From: a virus
Lineage: Duplodnaviria > Caudoviricetes
Virus record (IMG/VR): IMGVR_UViG_3300033067_001063
Location: 1-38,283 of that record
DNA: 38,283 nucleotides
Reading direction: 5' to 3' (one strand)
Shown: positions 18,063 to 26,609 of the stretch, in pieces
Layout: every line of letters starts with the position of its first letter
Numbering within the stretch: position 1 is the first letter of the stretch
Notes under the pieces: model-generated
Told to the model about the DNA's origin: nothing
What the model saw: the letters and a program-made list of their open reading frames with translations, nothing else
Database searches by the model: none
Program-made: the position numbers and the translations under genes

Positions 18063-18709
18063 GCCTCGACCGCCTCATCGCCAGTTTTCCGGCCGATCCG
18101 GACGGCGACCTGATGCTGTGCCGCGACCACGGCGTCGCGTACCAGCGCGACCGGGCGCACAGCGTGGCGTATGACGCGGCCTACTTCTCGAAGACCGGCA
18201 GCCACCCGGCCGAAATGGTGGAGGCGATCAACGCCGCCCGCATCGCGCTGGTCGCCCGTCACATCGGCGCGGCGCCTGTGCTCGACATCGGCATCGGCGC
18301 CGGAGACTTCATCGCGCGCCGCCCGAACACCTGGGGGCGCGACGTGAATCCGGCGGCGGTCGCGTGGCTGCACGAGCGCGGTCGCTGGGCCGAGACGCTC
18401 GATGGCTTCGCCGGCGTGACCATGTGGGACGTGATCGAGCACCTGCACGAGCCCGAGCACTACCTGCGCCACATCCGGCTGCATGGCTGGCTGTTCGTCA
18501 GCGTGCCGATCGTCTACGCGCTGGGCGCCATCAGGCTGTCGAAGCACTACCGGCCCGGGGAGCACCTCACGTACTGGACCGAGGATGGCTTCCTCGACTG
18601 GATGGCGTCGCACGGCTTCCGCTGCTTCGAGCGCAGCGACGCGGAGATCCTGGCCGGGCGCGAGAGCGTGCTCGCGTTCGCCCTCAAGCGCTACAGGTGG
18701 CCGGCGTGA
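18059..18709 (+). CDS. Class I SAM-dependent methyltransferase, Methyltransf_23-like (216 aa)
   Basis: YDAAYF, VLDIGIGAG, VTMWDVIEHL, LFVSVP, EHLTYW; GTGA-coupled. Confidence 0.85.
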   Translation: MSLDRLIASFPADPDGDLMLCRDHGVAYQRDRAHSVAYDAAYFSKTGSHPAEMVEAINAARIALVARHIGAAPVLDIGIGAGDFIARRPNTWGRDVNPAAVAWLHERGRWAETLDGFAGVTMWDVIEHLHEPEHYLRHIRLHGWLFVSVPIVYALGAIRLSKHYRPGEHLTYWTEDGFLDWMASHGFRCFERSDAEILAGRESVLAFALKRYRWPA

Positions 18710-19203
18710 GCGTGCAGACCTACCGCGGCAAGAACGGCTTCGTCTCGGCGCGCTTCCGTGGCTCGCTGGCCGAGAAGGTCAAGGCGCTGGGCGAGAGCGC
18801 GAAGGAGGCGCTGCGGCCCGCCGCGCAGGCCGGCGCGCAGGTGTTCTATGACGAGATGCTGCAGCGCGTGCCGGTGGCCGAGGGCGTGCTGCGCGACTCG
18901 ATCTACCAGTTCCACCTCGAGCGCAGGTCGGACGAGGACAAACAGGTCTACGTCGTGGGTCCGAACAAGAGCAAGGCGCCGCACTGGCACCTCGTCGAGT
19001 TCGGGCACTGGCAGCCGTACGCGGTGGTGATGATCGACGGGCAGCTGAAGACGCTGAAGGACAGGCCGCTGCCCGAGCCGGTCTTCGTGCCGGCGCATCC
19101 GTTCATCCGGCCCACGCTCGACGCGACGGGCGAGAAGGCGCTGGAGGCGATGCGCGAGCGGTACACGCAGGCGTGGCGCGAGACGAACACGGGGTGGGCC
19201 TGA
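18706..19203 (+). CDS. HK97 gp10-like tail completion protein (165 aa)
   Basis: VPVAEGVLRDSI, APHWHLVEFGH, PAHPFIRPTLD. Confidence 0.9.
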   Translation: MSVQTYRGKNGFVSARFRGSLAEKVKALGESAKEALRPAAQAGAQVFYDEMLQRVPVAEGVLRDSIYQFHLERRSDEDKQVYVVGPNKSKAPHWHLVEFGHWQPYAVVMIDGQLKTLKDRPLPEPVFVPAHPFIRPTLDATGEKALEAMRERYTQAWRETNTGWA

Positions 19204-19204
19204 G

Positions 19205-19567
19205 ATGAGCTTCGAGGCGGTCATCGGCGAGCGTCTGCGCGGCCTCTGCGGCGGCCGCGTCTGGACGGACTTCCGTCCCGTCGGCGCGAGCAAGACGCTG
19301 CCGTTCATCACCTGGCAGCAAGTCGGCGGGCAGGTGATCTCGTTCCTCGAAGGCGGACACCCGGGCATGCGGAACGCGCGCATGCAGATCAACACCTGGG
19401 CGGCGACGCGGCGGGAGGCGAACGACCTGATGCGCGCGATCGAGGTCGAGATCCTCGGCACGCCGGCGCTACAGGCGACCGCGATCGGTGCGCTGACCGC
19501 GATCTATGACCAGTCCGTGCAGCTGTTCGGCGCACGGCAGGACTTCAGCGTCTGGCTGGCTGACTAG
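19205..19567 (+). CDS. Tail terminator-like protein (DUF3168-like)
   Basis: LPFITWQQVGG, NARMQINTWA, QDFSVW; directly before major tail gene. Confidence 0.85.
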   Translation: MSFEAVIGERLRGLCGGRVWTDFRPVGASKTLPFITWQQVGGQVISFLEGGHPGMRNARMQINTWAATRREANDLMRAIEVEILGTPALQATAIGALTAIYDQSVQLFGARQDFSVWLAD

Positions 19568-19588
19568 ACCCAGCGACGCGATCTGAAC

Positions 19589-19625
19589 AAGGGCCGCCAC
19601 CGGCAACGGGGCGGCCCTTTTCGTT
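19589..19625 (+). terminator. Terminator-like hairpin 1 upstream of major tail gene
   Basis: GGGCCGCC-A-CCG-GCAA-CGG-GGCGGCCC-TTTTCGTT. Confidence 0.65.
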
Positions 19626-19649
19626 GCCCCGCGAGGGGTTCCACCACAT

Positions 19650-19670
19650 GCCCGCCTCGCGGGCTTTTTG
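19650..19670 (+). terminator. Terminator-like hairpin 2 upstream of major tail gene
   Basis: GCCCGC-CTC-GCGGGC-TTTTT. Confidence 0.55.
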
Positions 19671-19689
19671 CATTGAAGAGGCCCCCATC

Positions 19690-20358
19690 ATGGCAATCCA
19701 ACTTCCCGACGGTTCGACCCTGGCGTACTACCCGTATGCCTCCCTCGGTTCCGCCAAGACCATCAACTCCGTCAGCAACGCGACCGAGGCCATCTCGGTC
19801 CTCGCGTCCGGCCACAACATCGTCGAAGACGACATCTTCCTCATCAACAGCGGCTGGCTGAAGGCGAACAAGCGCATCGCCCGCGCGAAGAACGTCGACA
19901 CCGACGACAACGTGACGTGGGAGGGCATCGACACCTCCAGCACGACGCGCTTCCCGGCCGGTTCCGGTACCGGAACCATCCAGGAGATTTCCTCGGGCTT
20001 CTGGGTGCAGATCCCCTACGTGAAGGACTTCGCCGGCCAGGGCGGCGAGCAGCAGTTCGTCACCGAGGAGTTCCTCGACTCGGATGACCAGTACGAGTTT
20101 CCGACCTCTCGCACGCCGCGGCGCTACACCTGCGGCGTCGCCTTCCAGGGGCCGACGGCGACGCACTTCGCCGGCCTGAAGCTGGCCAGCGAGAACCGGC
20201 AGGAGATCCCGTTCCGCATCACGTTCCCGGACAGCTCGGTCACGTACTTCCTCGCGCTGGCGTCGTTCGACGTGGTTCCGACCGTGACGAAGGGCCAGGT
20301 GCAGGTCAACGCGCTGACGATGGCCGTGCGCGCCGAGCCGACGACGTACGCGGCCTGA
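19690..20358 (+). CDS. Major tail tube protein (Phage_tail_3-like), 222 aa
   Basis: MAIQLPDGS, SNATEA, SGW, EGIDTSSTTRFPAGSG, GGEQQF; GAGG RBS. Confidence 0.9.
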   Translation: MAIQLPDGSTLAYYPYASLGSAKTINSVSNATEAISVLASGHNIVEDDIFLINSGWLKANKRIARAKNVDTDDNVTWEGIDTSSTTRFPAGSGTGTIQEISSGFWVQIPYVKDFAGQGGEQQFVTEEFLDSDDQYEFPTSRTPRRYTCGVAFQGPTATHFAGLKLASENRQEIPFRITFPDSSVTYFLALASFDVVPTVTKGQVQVNALTMAVRAEPTTYAA

Positions 20359-20398
20359 TCGCCGCGGGCCCTGAACCCTCACCCACAGAAAGCACAAC

Positions 20399-20899
20399 AT
20401 GGCCGCAAAGCAAACGCCGGTGAAGGTCAAGGTCGACCTATTCCCCACCGGCCCGATCACCTTCGCCGCTCCGGTCGAGATCCCGACCGCGAGCGGCGAC
20501 ACGCTGCACATCGAGTTCGTGTTCCGGCACCGCACCCGAAAGCAACTCGGCGAGCTCGCCGACGAGCGCGTGGCGCGAGTCCGAGTGCGCTTCGAGGCCG
20601 AGGCCGCCGAGCGCAAGCGACGCGACGCCGAACGCGAGGCCGCCAGGGCGCGCGGCGATGAGGTCGAGGACGAGCCGCTCTTCCCGACCGGCAAGTACCT
20701 CGACGACGCCGTGCAGGAGATCGCCGACAGCGTCGAGGGCCTGCTCGAAATCGCCGAGGGCTGGAACATCGACGGCTTCGAGTTCAACGCCGAGAACCTG
20801 CAGCAGCTGTGCGACATGCACGGCGCGGCGGCCAACCGGATCAGCACCGCGTATCGCGAAGCGCTGGCGAATGGCCGCCTGGGAAACTCGAAGCGGTAG
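20399..20899 (+). CDS. Tail assembly chaperone (gpG-like)
   Basis: TFAAPVEIP, FVFRHRT, ENLQQL, ends RLGNSKR; between tail tube and tape measure. Confidence 0.88.
   Translation: MAAKQTPVKVKVDLFPTGPITFAAPVEIPTASGDTLHIEFVFRHRTRKQLGELADERVARVRVRFEAEAAERKRRDAEREAARARGDEVEDEPLFPTGKYLDDAVQEIADSVEGLLEIAEGWNIDGFEFNAENLQQLCDMHGAAANRISTAYREALANGRLGNSKR
20881..20887 (+). other. Programmed -1 ribosomal frameshift site G GGA AAC
   Basis: X XXY YYZ heptamer in the gpG frame; -1 frame stays open to 21216. Confidence 0.85.
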
Positions 20900-21216
20900 C
20901 GGAGCGCCTGTACCAGCGGCTGCCGACCGCCGACCAGGCGGCGTCGCTGGGCATCCCGCTATCCGCGTACGCGGCGCAGCCACCCGTCGAGGTGTGGCCC
21001 GAGAACGTCAAGGCAGTCCAGGTCTTCCAGCTGCTTGGTACGCAGTGGCAATGCGCGCCGATGGGCGGATACCTGGGCCTGAACTACGCCGTCTTGCCGA
21101 CGGTGATCCAGTGGGCCGGCATCCAGATCCCGCCCGAGGACATGCCCGATGTCTTCCACGCACTGCGCTGGCTCGAAAACGCCGCGCTGAAGGTGCTGAA
21201 CGCGAAAGAGGACTGA
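20881..21216 (+). CDS. Tail assembly chaperone gpT-like segment (DUF1799-like), expressed as ~272-aa G-T fusion
   Basis: VEVWPENVKAVQVF, TQWQCAPMGG, GLNYAVL, LRWLENAAL; no convincing own start. Confidence 0.85.
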   Translation, partial: GKLEAVAERLYQRLPTADQAASLGIPLSAYAAQPPVEVWPENVKAVQVFQLLGTQWQCAPMGGYLGLNYAVLPTVIQWAGIQIPPEDMPDVFHALRWLENAALKVLNAKED

Positions 21217-21220
21217 CACG

Positions 21221-24200
21221 ATGGCCGACGATGTAGCAGGTTCCAGCGCGCTCGAAGTATCGGCCGACGGGTCGGGCTTCGTCGCTGCGCTGGACCGCAT
21301 GACGAAGGCGTCGGAGGCCTTCGAGCGTCGCAGCGTCGCATCGGCTGGCCGCGCCGGTGAGGCCGCGAGCTCGGTCGGAGACGGCGCAGGCGCTGCAGCG
21401 GCGAAGACCGAGGCGGCGTCGAAGCGCTTCACGACGGCCATCGAGCGCGAGATCGCTGCGCTGACGCTGTCGCGCGCGGAGTACCGCAAGTGGCAGGCGC
21501 AGCAGCAGGGCATCAGCGAGCAGGTGTACGGGCCGCTGATCGCGAGGCTGAACGCGGCGAAGGCGGCGCAGGACGCGGCCGCGGCGAGCGTCGGCAGGCT
21601 GGGCGATGCGACCGAGATCACGTCGCGGCAGGCGCGGCTGCTGTCGCGCAACTTCGGCGACGCACTGCGCGCCGTCGACATCGGCGGCGGTGCCCTGGGC
21701 GGCATCACCCAGCGCGTCAGCCAGCTCGGCATCGCCTTCGGCGGCTTCGAGGGCCTCGGCGCTCGCATCAGCCCGACCATCGCTGCGGTGGGCGGCCTGG
21801 CCGCCGCTGCCGCGCTGGCCGCGGTCGCGTTCCAGAAGGGCCACGCGGAGACCGAGGCCTATGCCCGCGCGCTGATCTTGTCCGGCAACGCCGCCGGCAC
21901 GACGACCGGCTACCTGAAGGAGCTCGCGAAGGCGCAGGCACAGGTCGCCGGCACGCAGGGCGACGCGGCCGCGGTGCTTGCGCAGCTGGCCGCCTCTGGC
22001 GATGTCGCCGCCTCGCTGCTGGGCAAGGCCACGCAGGCTGCGGTCGGACTGGCGCGCGTCGGCGGGCCGGCGGCCAGCGAGACCGCGCGAAAGTTCGCGG
22101 ACCTCGGCCGCGACCCGGTCAAGGCGGTCGAGAAGCTTAACGAGGCCGAGAACTTCCTGTCGGCCAGCATCTACCGGCAGATCCGCGCGCTGGTCGAGCA
22201 GGGCAAGAGCGCCGAGGCGGCAGCGCTGGCGCAGAGCACATACGCCGACGCGCTGATCGGCCGCACCGGGCAGCTCGAGCAGCGCCTGGGAATCGTCGAG
22301 CGCAGCTGGCGTGCCGTCACCGGCGCCGCGAAAGCGGCCTGGGACGCGATGCTGAACATCGGGCGCGAGCAGTCGCTCGAGGAGCGCCTCGGCGCGGTGA
22401 ATCAGCGGCTGGCCACCTTCGAGGAATCCGCCCGGCTGCGGGCCCGCGGTGGTAAGCGCGTCACGACGCAGGAGGCCGAGCGGCAGGCGGACCTCGGCGA
22501 GCGCTCGGCGATCAACCGCTCGCTGCTGAACCAGACCGAGGGCGCCATCGCCGCGCGCACTGCAGCGCAGGAGGCGAAGAAGGCGATCGAGGACGCGAAC
22601 AAGGCGATCACGAAGCCGGTCGAGAGCCCGTACGGCGACATCATCCGCGACCTGCGCAAGCTGGAGCAGGCCCAGGAGGAGGAGCTGCGCACCGGCGGCA
22701 AGGTCAGCGAAGCGCGGAAGCTGCAGATCCGCCTGATCGACCAGTTCGTGGACAAGGCCGACAAGCTGACCTTCGCGCAGCGCCGGGTCATCGCGGCCGA
22801 GATCGCGCAGCGCGTGAGCACGCAGGAGCGCATCGACGAGCTGCAGAAGCAGGTGAAGGCCGAGCAGGAGTACGCCGACGCCGAGGCGAAGGCGGTGCAG
22901 CAGCAGATCGACAACATCGCGCGCGAATTCGAGGCGCGGCAGAAGGTGCTCGCGGGGATCGACGAGCGCACGCAGAAGGTCGCCGACGAGGTGCAGGCAG
23001 CGGAGATCGCGGCGGCGGCGAACATCAGCCTGGCCGAGGCGATCGAGCAGGTCGCGATCGCGCGGCTGCGCGAGAAGGCCGCGGGCGCCGAGGGCGACCC
23101 GGCGCGGCTGGCCGACATCAATGCCGAGATCGCTGCGCGCGAGCGGCTGCTGTCGGCGCTGGCCGACAAGCGGTCGCAGGATGCCGCGGCGAAGTCCGCG
23201 AAGGCGTTCGAGGAAGCCTACCTGCGCAGCTATGACAACCTGAGCCAGGGCCTGACCGACGCGCTGATCCAGGGCGGCAAGAGCGCGGCGGACTACATCA
23301 AGGGGCTGTTCCGCAACCTCGTGTTGCGCCCGCTGCTGGAGCCGTTCGTCGGGCCGATCGCTGGCGTGCTGGCCAGCGCAGCCACCGGGGCGCAGGCCGG
23401 CAGCGTCACGCAGGGCGCCTTCGGGCAGGCGCAGCAGGCCTCGACGCTGCTGCAGGCCGGCAAGACCATCTACGAGGGCTTCGCGTCCGGCTTCGCCAAC
23501 GTCGGCACCGGGGCGCAGCGCGCCTATTCGGCGCTGTTCGGCGGCGCTTCCACTGGCGGCGGCGCTGGCGGCAGCTACTCGGTGAACGCCGCGCTGATCG
23601 AGCGCCAGGCCGGCAGCACGCTCTACGGGACTGGCGGCGGCGGGACGACCTTCGGCACGGCGGCCAGCGCCGCCGCGGGCGCGGTGGTCGGCGTCTATGG
23701 CGGCCGCGCCATCAGCGGCGGCTACGGGTTCGGCAACAGCGGGAACAGCACCGTAAACGCCGGCACCGCGATCGGCGCCGTGGTCGGCAGCATCGTCCCG
23801 GTGATCGGAACCGCTGTCGGCGCCGCGGTGGGCGGCATCATCGGCGGCCTGGTGAATCGTCTGTTCGGACGCCGCGCGCCGGAGGTCGAGGGCCGCAGCA
23901 TCACCGGCACCATCACCGGTTCCGACTTCAGCGGCTCGACGGTCGCCGACATCGTCGAACGAGGCGGCGTGTTCCGCTCCGACCGCCGATCGCAGCAGAC
24001 CGAGGCCATCACCGGCGACCTCGACAAGGCGCTCGACGAGGGCGCGAAGTCGCTCAGCGACCTGGCCGCGAAGTACGGCGCGGCGCTGGGTCTGCCGGCC
24101 GAGCGGCTCGCCGGCGTCACCGCGCAGATCAAGGTCGCGATCACCGACGACGCTGCCGAGAACAGCAAGGCGATCGAGGCCGCGCTGCAGCAGTACGCCG

Positions 24201-26122
24201 ACGCGCTGCTGGGCACCTTCGCAGACGACATCGAGCCCTTCCGCAAGAGCGGCGAGACGGTGGCGCAGACGATCGAGCGCGTGGGCGGCGCGATGCTGAC
24301 GATCAACGACAGCCTCGACATGCTGGGCCTGAGGGCGCTATCGACGAGCGTCGAGGGCGGGCGCGCGGCGGTTGCGCTGGCCGAGCTGTTCGGCGACGCG
24401 GGCACGTTCGCGCAGGCCTCGGCCTCCTACTACGCAGCATTCTTCAGCGAGGCCGAGCGAGCCGACCGTGCGACGCAGCAGATCACCGAGACGCTCGGCG
24501 ATTTCGGCCTCAGCGTGCCGGCCTCGCGCGAAGCCTTCCGCGATCTGGTCGAGGCGCAGGATCTCACCACGCAGTCCGGGCGCGAGGCCTTCGCTGCGCT
24601 GCTGGGCGTCTCCAGTGCTTTCGACGCGCTGCAGACCGCGGCCGGTGACAGCGCGCAGGCGCTGGCCGAGGTGGTCGCGCAGCGCAAGCAGCTGGAGGCG
24701 CAACTCTTCGAGCTGCAGGGCAACACCGCCGCGCTACGCGAGCGCGAGCGGGCTGCGCTGGACGAAAGCAACCGGGCGCTGTTCGACCAGATCAAGGCGC
24801 TGGAGGACCAGGCCGACGCAGCCAAGCTCGCCGCCGATGCTGCCGAGGAGGCCGCCCGCGCGGCCGAGGACCTGGCCAACCGGCAGCGCTCGATCGCCGG
24901 CGGCGTCGACAGCGTCATCGGCGACTTCCTGCAGGGCCCGCAGCTCGCGCAGTACTTCGCCACGCGCATCCAGGAGACGCTCGCCGAGGGCGGCATCGAG
25001 TCCTCGATCCCGGGCATCCTGGGCAGCACCCGCGACGACATCCTGCAGCTGTGGAACGCGGTCGGCGTGGACGGCCGCGAGGCGATCCTCGCCGCGTACG
25101 GCGCATGGCTGGATCTCGACGAGGTGCTGCGAGGCACTGCGCGATCGGTGGCCACGTACCGCAGCGGCACGCTCGCCGACCGAATCGAGGAGGCCCGCCT
25201 CGGCTCGCTGAGCCCGGCCGACCGCATCGCTCGACTGCGCAGCACCGAGGCGACGCTCTTCGGGCAGCTGGGCACCGCCGACGATCCGGTGGCCGTCGCT
25301 GAGCGGCTGACCGGCGTCATCACGCAGCGCCTGGGCGAGGAGGCCCGCCTGCGCGACGACCTGCACCGCTCGACGATCGACGACCTGGAAGAGCAGCTGG
25401 ACGCAGCGCGCAGCCTGCGCGACGCAGTCGCCGCCATCCCGCAGTTCACGTCGGAGCTTCGCCTCGGCGCATCGTCGCCGCTCAGCGCGCAGCAGCAGGT
25501 CGCCGAGGCCGAGCGCCTGTTCAACTCGACGATCGTGCGTGCCCGGGGTGGCGACCGCACCGCGGTCGACTCGCTGCAGCGCAATGCGCAGTTGTTCATC
25601 GACGAGGCGCTGGCTGCGTTCGGCAGCGGGCCGCAGGGCGCGCGCATCTTCGGTGACGTGACCGCGGCGCTCGAGGAGTTCGCATCGCAGATCGGCCCGA
25701 CGATCGACCCGCAGATCGCGGCGCTGGAGGCGCAGGTATCGGCCGCCGAATCGACCGCCGACAACACCGGCGAGGCGTTGACGCTGCTGCAGTCCATCGA
25801 CGCGGCGCTCGGCGGGCGCTACACCAGCAGCAGCGCCTCCGTGCTGGCTCCTCCGCAGCCTCAGCCGATCGACATCACACCCACCGATCTGCCGGTGGTC
25901 GACGCCATCACCAACGGCGCCGCGGCATCTGCGCAGGCAAGCGCCGAGCTTCGCGACATGGTCGAGCAGCTGCGCAGCATCGCCGCGAACACCCAGATCA
26001 CCACCTCGCTGCCGCCGATCAATCAGGCGGGCTTCACGGCCCTGATCGAGCGCGTGCGGGCCCTCGAAACGATCCAGACCCAGCTACTGACCGCCGTGCG
26101 GCCGTCGCTGGTCACTACCTGA
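21221..26122 (+). CDS. Tail tape measure protein (1633 aa)
   Basis: Very long Ala-rich helical ORF after chaperones; ALILSGNAAG, DPVKAVEKLNE, AKAAWDAML motifs; Gly-rich hydrophobic segments. Confidence 0.95.
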   Translation: MADDVAGSSALEVSADGSGFVAALDRMTKASEAFERRSVASAGRAGEAASSVGDGAGAAAAKTEAASKRFTTAIEREIAALTLSRAEYRKWQAQQQGISEQVYGPLIARLNAAKAAQDAAAASVGRLGDATEITSRQARLLSRNFGDALRAVDIGGGALGGITQRVSQLGIAFGGFEGLGARISPTIAAVGGLAAAAALAAVAFQKGHAETEAYARALILSGNAAGTTTGYLKELAKAQAQVAGTQGDAAAVLAQLAASGDVAASLLGKATQAAVGLARVGGPAASETARKFADLGRDPVKAVEKLNEAENFLSASIYRQIRALVEQGKSAEAAALAQSTYADALIGRTGQLEQRLGIVERSWRAVTGAAKAAWDAMLNIGREQSLEERLGAVNQRLATFEESARLRARGGKRVTTQEAERQADLGERSAINRSLLNQTEGAIAARTAAQEAKKAIEDANKAITKPVESPYGDIIRDLRKLEQAQEEELRTGGKVSEARKLQIRLIDQFVDKADKLTFAQRRVIAAEIAQRVSTQERIDELQKQVKAEQEYADAEAKAVQQQIDNIAREFEARQKVLAGIDERTQKVADEVQAAEIAAAANISLAEAIEQVAIARLREKAAGAEGDPARLADINAEIAARERLLSALADKRSQDAAAKSAKAFEEAYLRSYDNLSQGLTDALIQGGKSAADYIKGLFRNLVLRPLLEPFVGPIAGVLASAATGAQAGSVTQGAFGQAQQASTLLQAGKTIYEGFASGFANVGTGAQRAYSALFGGASTGGGAGGSYSVNAALIERQAGSTLYGTGGGGTTFGTAASAAAGAVVGVYGGRAISGGYGFGNSGNSTVNAGTAIGAVVGSIVPVIGTAVGAAVGGIIGGLVNRLFGRRAPEVEGRSITGTITGSDFSGSTVADIVERGGVFRSDRRSQQTEAITGDLDKALDEGAKSLSDLAAKYGAALGLPAERLAGVTAQIKVAITDDAAENSKAIEAALQQYADALLGTFADDIEPFRKSGETVAQTIERVGGAMLTINDSLDMLGLRALSTSVEGGRAAVALAELFGDAGTFAQASASYYAAFFSEAERADRATQQITETLGDFGLSVPASREAFRDLVEAQDLTTQSGREAFAALLGVSSAFDALQTAAGDSAQALAEVVAQRKQLEAQLFELQGNTAALRERERAALDESNRALFDQIKALEDQADAAKLAADAAEEAARAAEDLANRQRSIAGGVDSVIGDFLQGPQLAQYFATRIQETLAEGGIESSIPGILGSTRDDILQLWNAVGVDGREAILAAYGAWLDLDEVLRGTARSVATYRSGTLADRIEEARLGSLSPADRIARLRSTEATLFGQLGTADDPVAVAERLTGVITQRLGEEARLRDDLHRSTIDDLEEQLDAARSLRDAVAAIPQFTSELRLGASSPLSAQQQVAEAERLFNSTIVRARGGDRTAVDSLQRNAQLFIDEALAAFGSGPQGARIFGDVTAALEEFASQIGPTIDPQIAALEAQVSAAESTADNTGEALTLLQSIDAALGGRYTSSSASVLAPPQPQPIDITPTDLPVVDAITNGAAASAQASAELRDMVEQLRSIAANTQITTSLPPINQAGFTALIERVRALETIQTQLLTAVRPSLVTT

Positions 26123-26138
26123 CCATCAGGAGCACATC

Positions 26139-26609
26139 ATGAGCGGTCGCGTCTACGCCGTACCCTTCGCCGCGGTGGCCATCACGGCCGCGCAAGACCT
26201 CGTCGAGATCTCGCCGGCCGACGACAAGCCGGTCGAGCTGATCGGCTGGCACATCGGCCAGACCACCGACGCGGGCGACGCGCAGGACGAGCTGCTGCAG
26301 ATCACCGTCATCCGCGGGCACACCAGCAGCGGCAGCGGCGGCAGCAGCGTCACTCCGGCGCCGCTCAGCCCGAACGACGCGGCGGCAGGATTTGCCGCCG
26401 AGATCAACAACACGACGATCGCGAGCGGCGGCACGACCGCGACGCTCTTCGCGTCCGCCTGGAATGTCCGTGCCGGATCTGACGTGTGGCTGCCGGAGGA
26501 CGTGAGGCCGCGCGCCAGCCAGGCGAACACGACGCTCGTGGTGCGCATGTCCGCGCCGGCTGACTCGATCACCACCAACGGCGTTTTCTGGGTGCGTGAG
26601 CTCAACTGA
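26139..26609 (+). CDS. Putative virion structural protein (156 aa)
   Basis: AGGAG RBS; Ser/Thr-rich beta protein directly after tape measure. Confidence 0.75.
   Translation: MSGRVYAVPFAAVAITAAQDLVEISPADDKPVELIGWHIGQTTDAGDAQDELLQITVIRGHTSSGSGGSSVTPAPLSPNDAAAGFAAEINNTTIASGGTTATLFASAWNVRAGSDVWLPEDVRPRASQANTTLVVRMSAPADSITTNGVFWVRELN

Noticed and set aside
16993-18709. DNA methyltransferases for anti-restriction
   Set aside because: No DPPY/NPPY or PCQ catalytic motifs; motifs and context fit small-molecule or glycan methyltransferases
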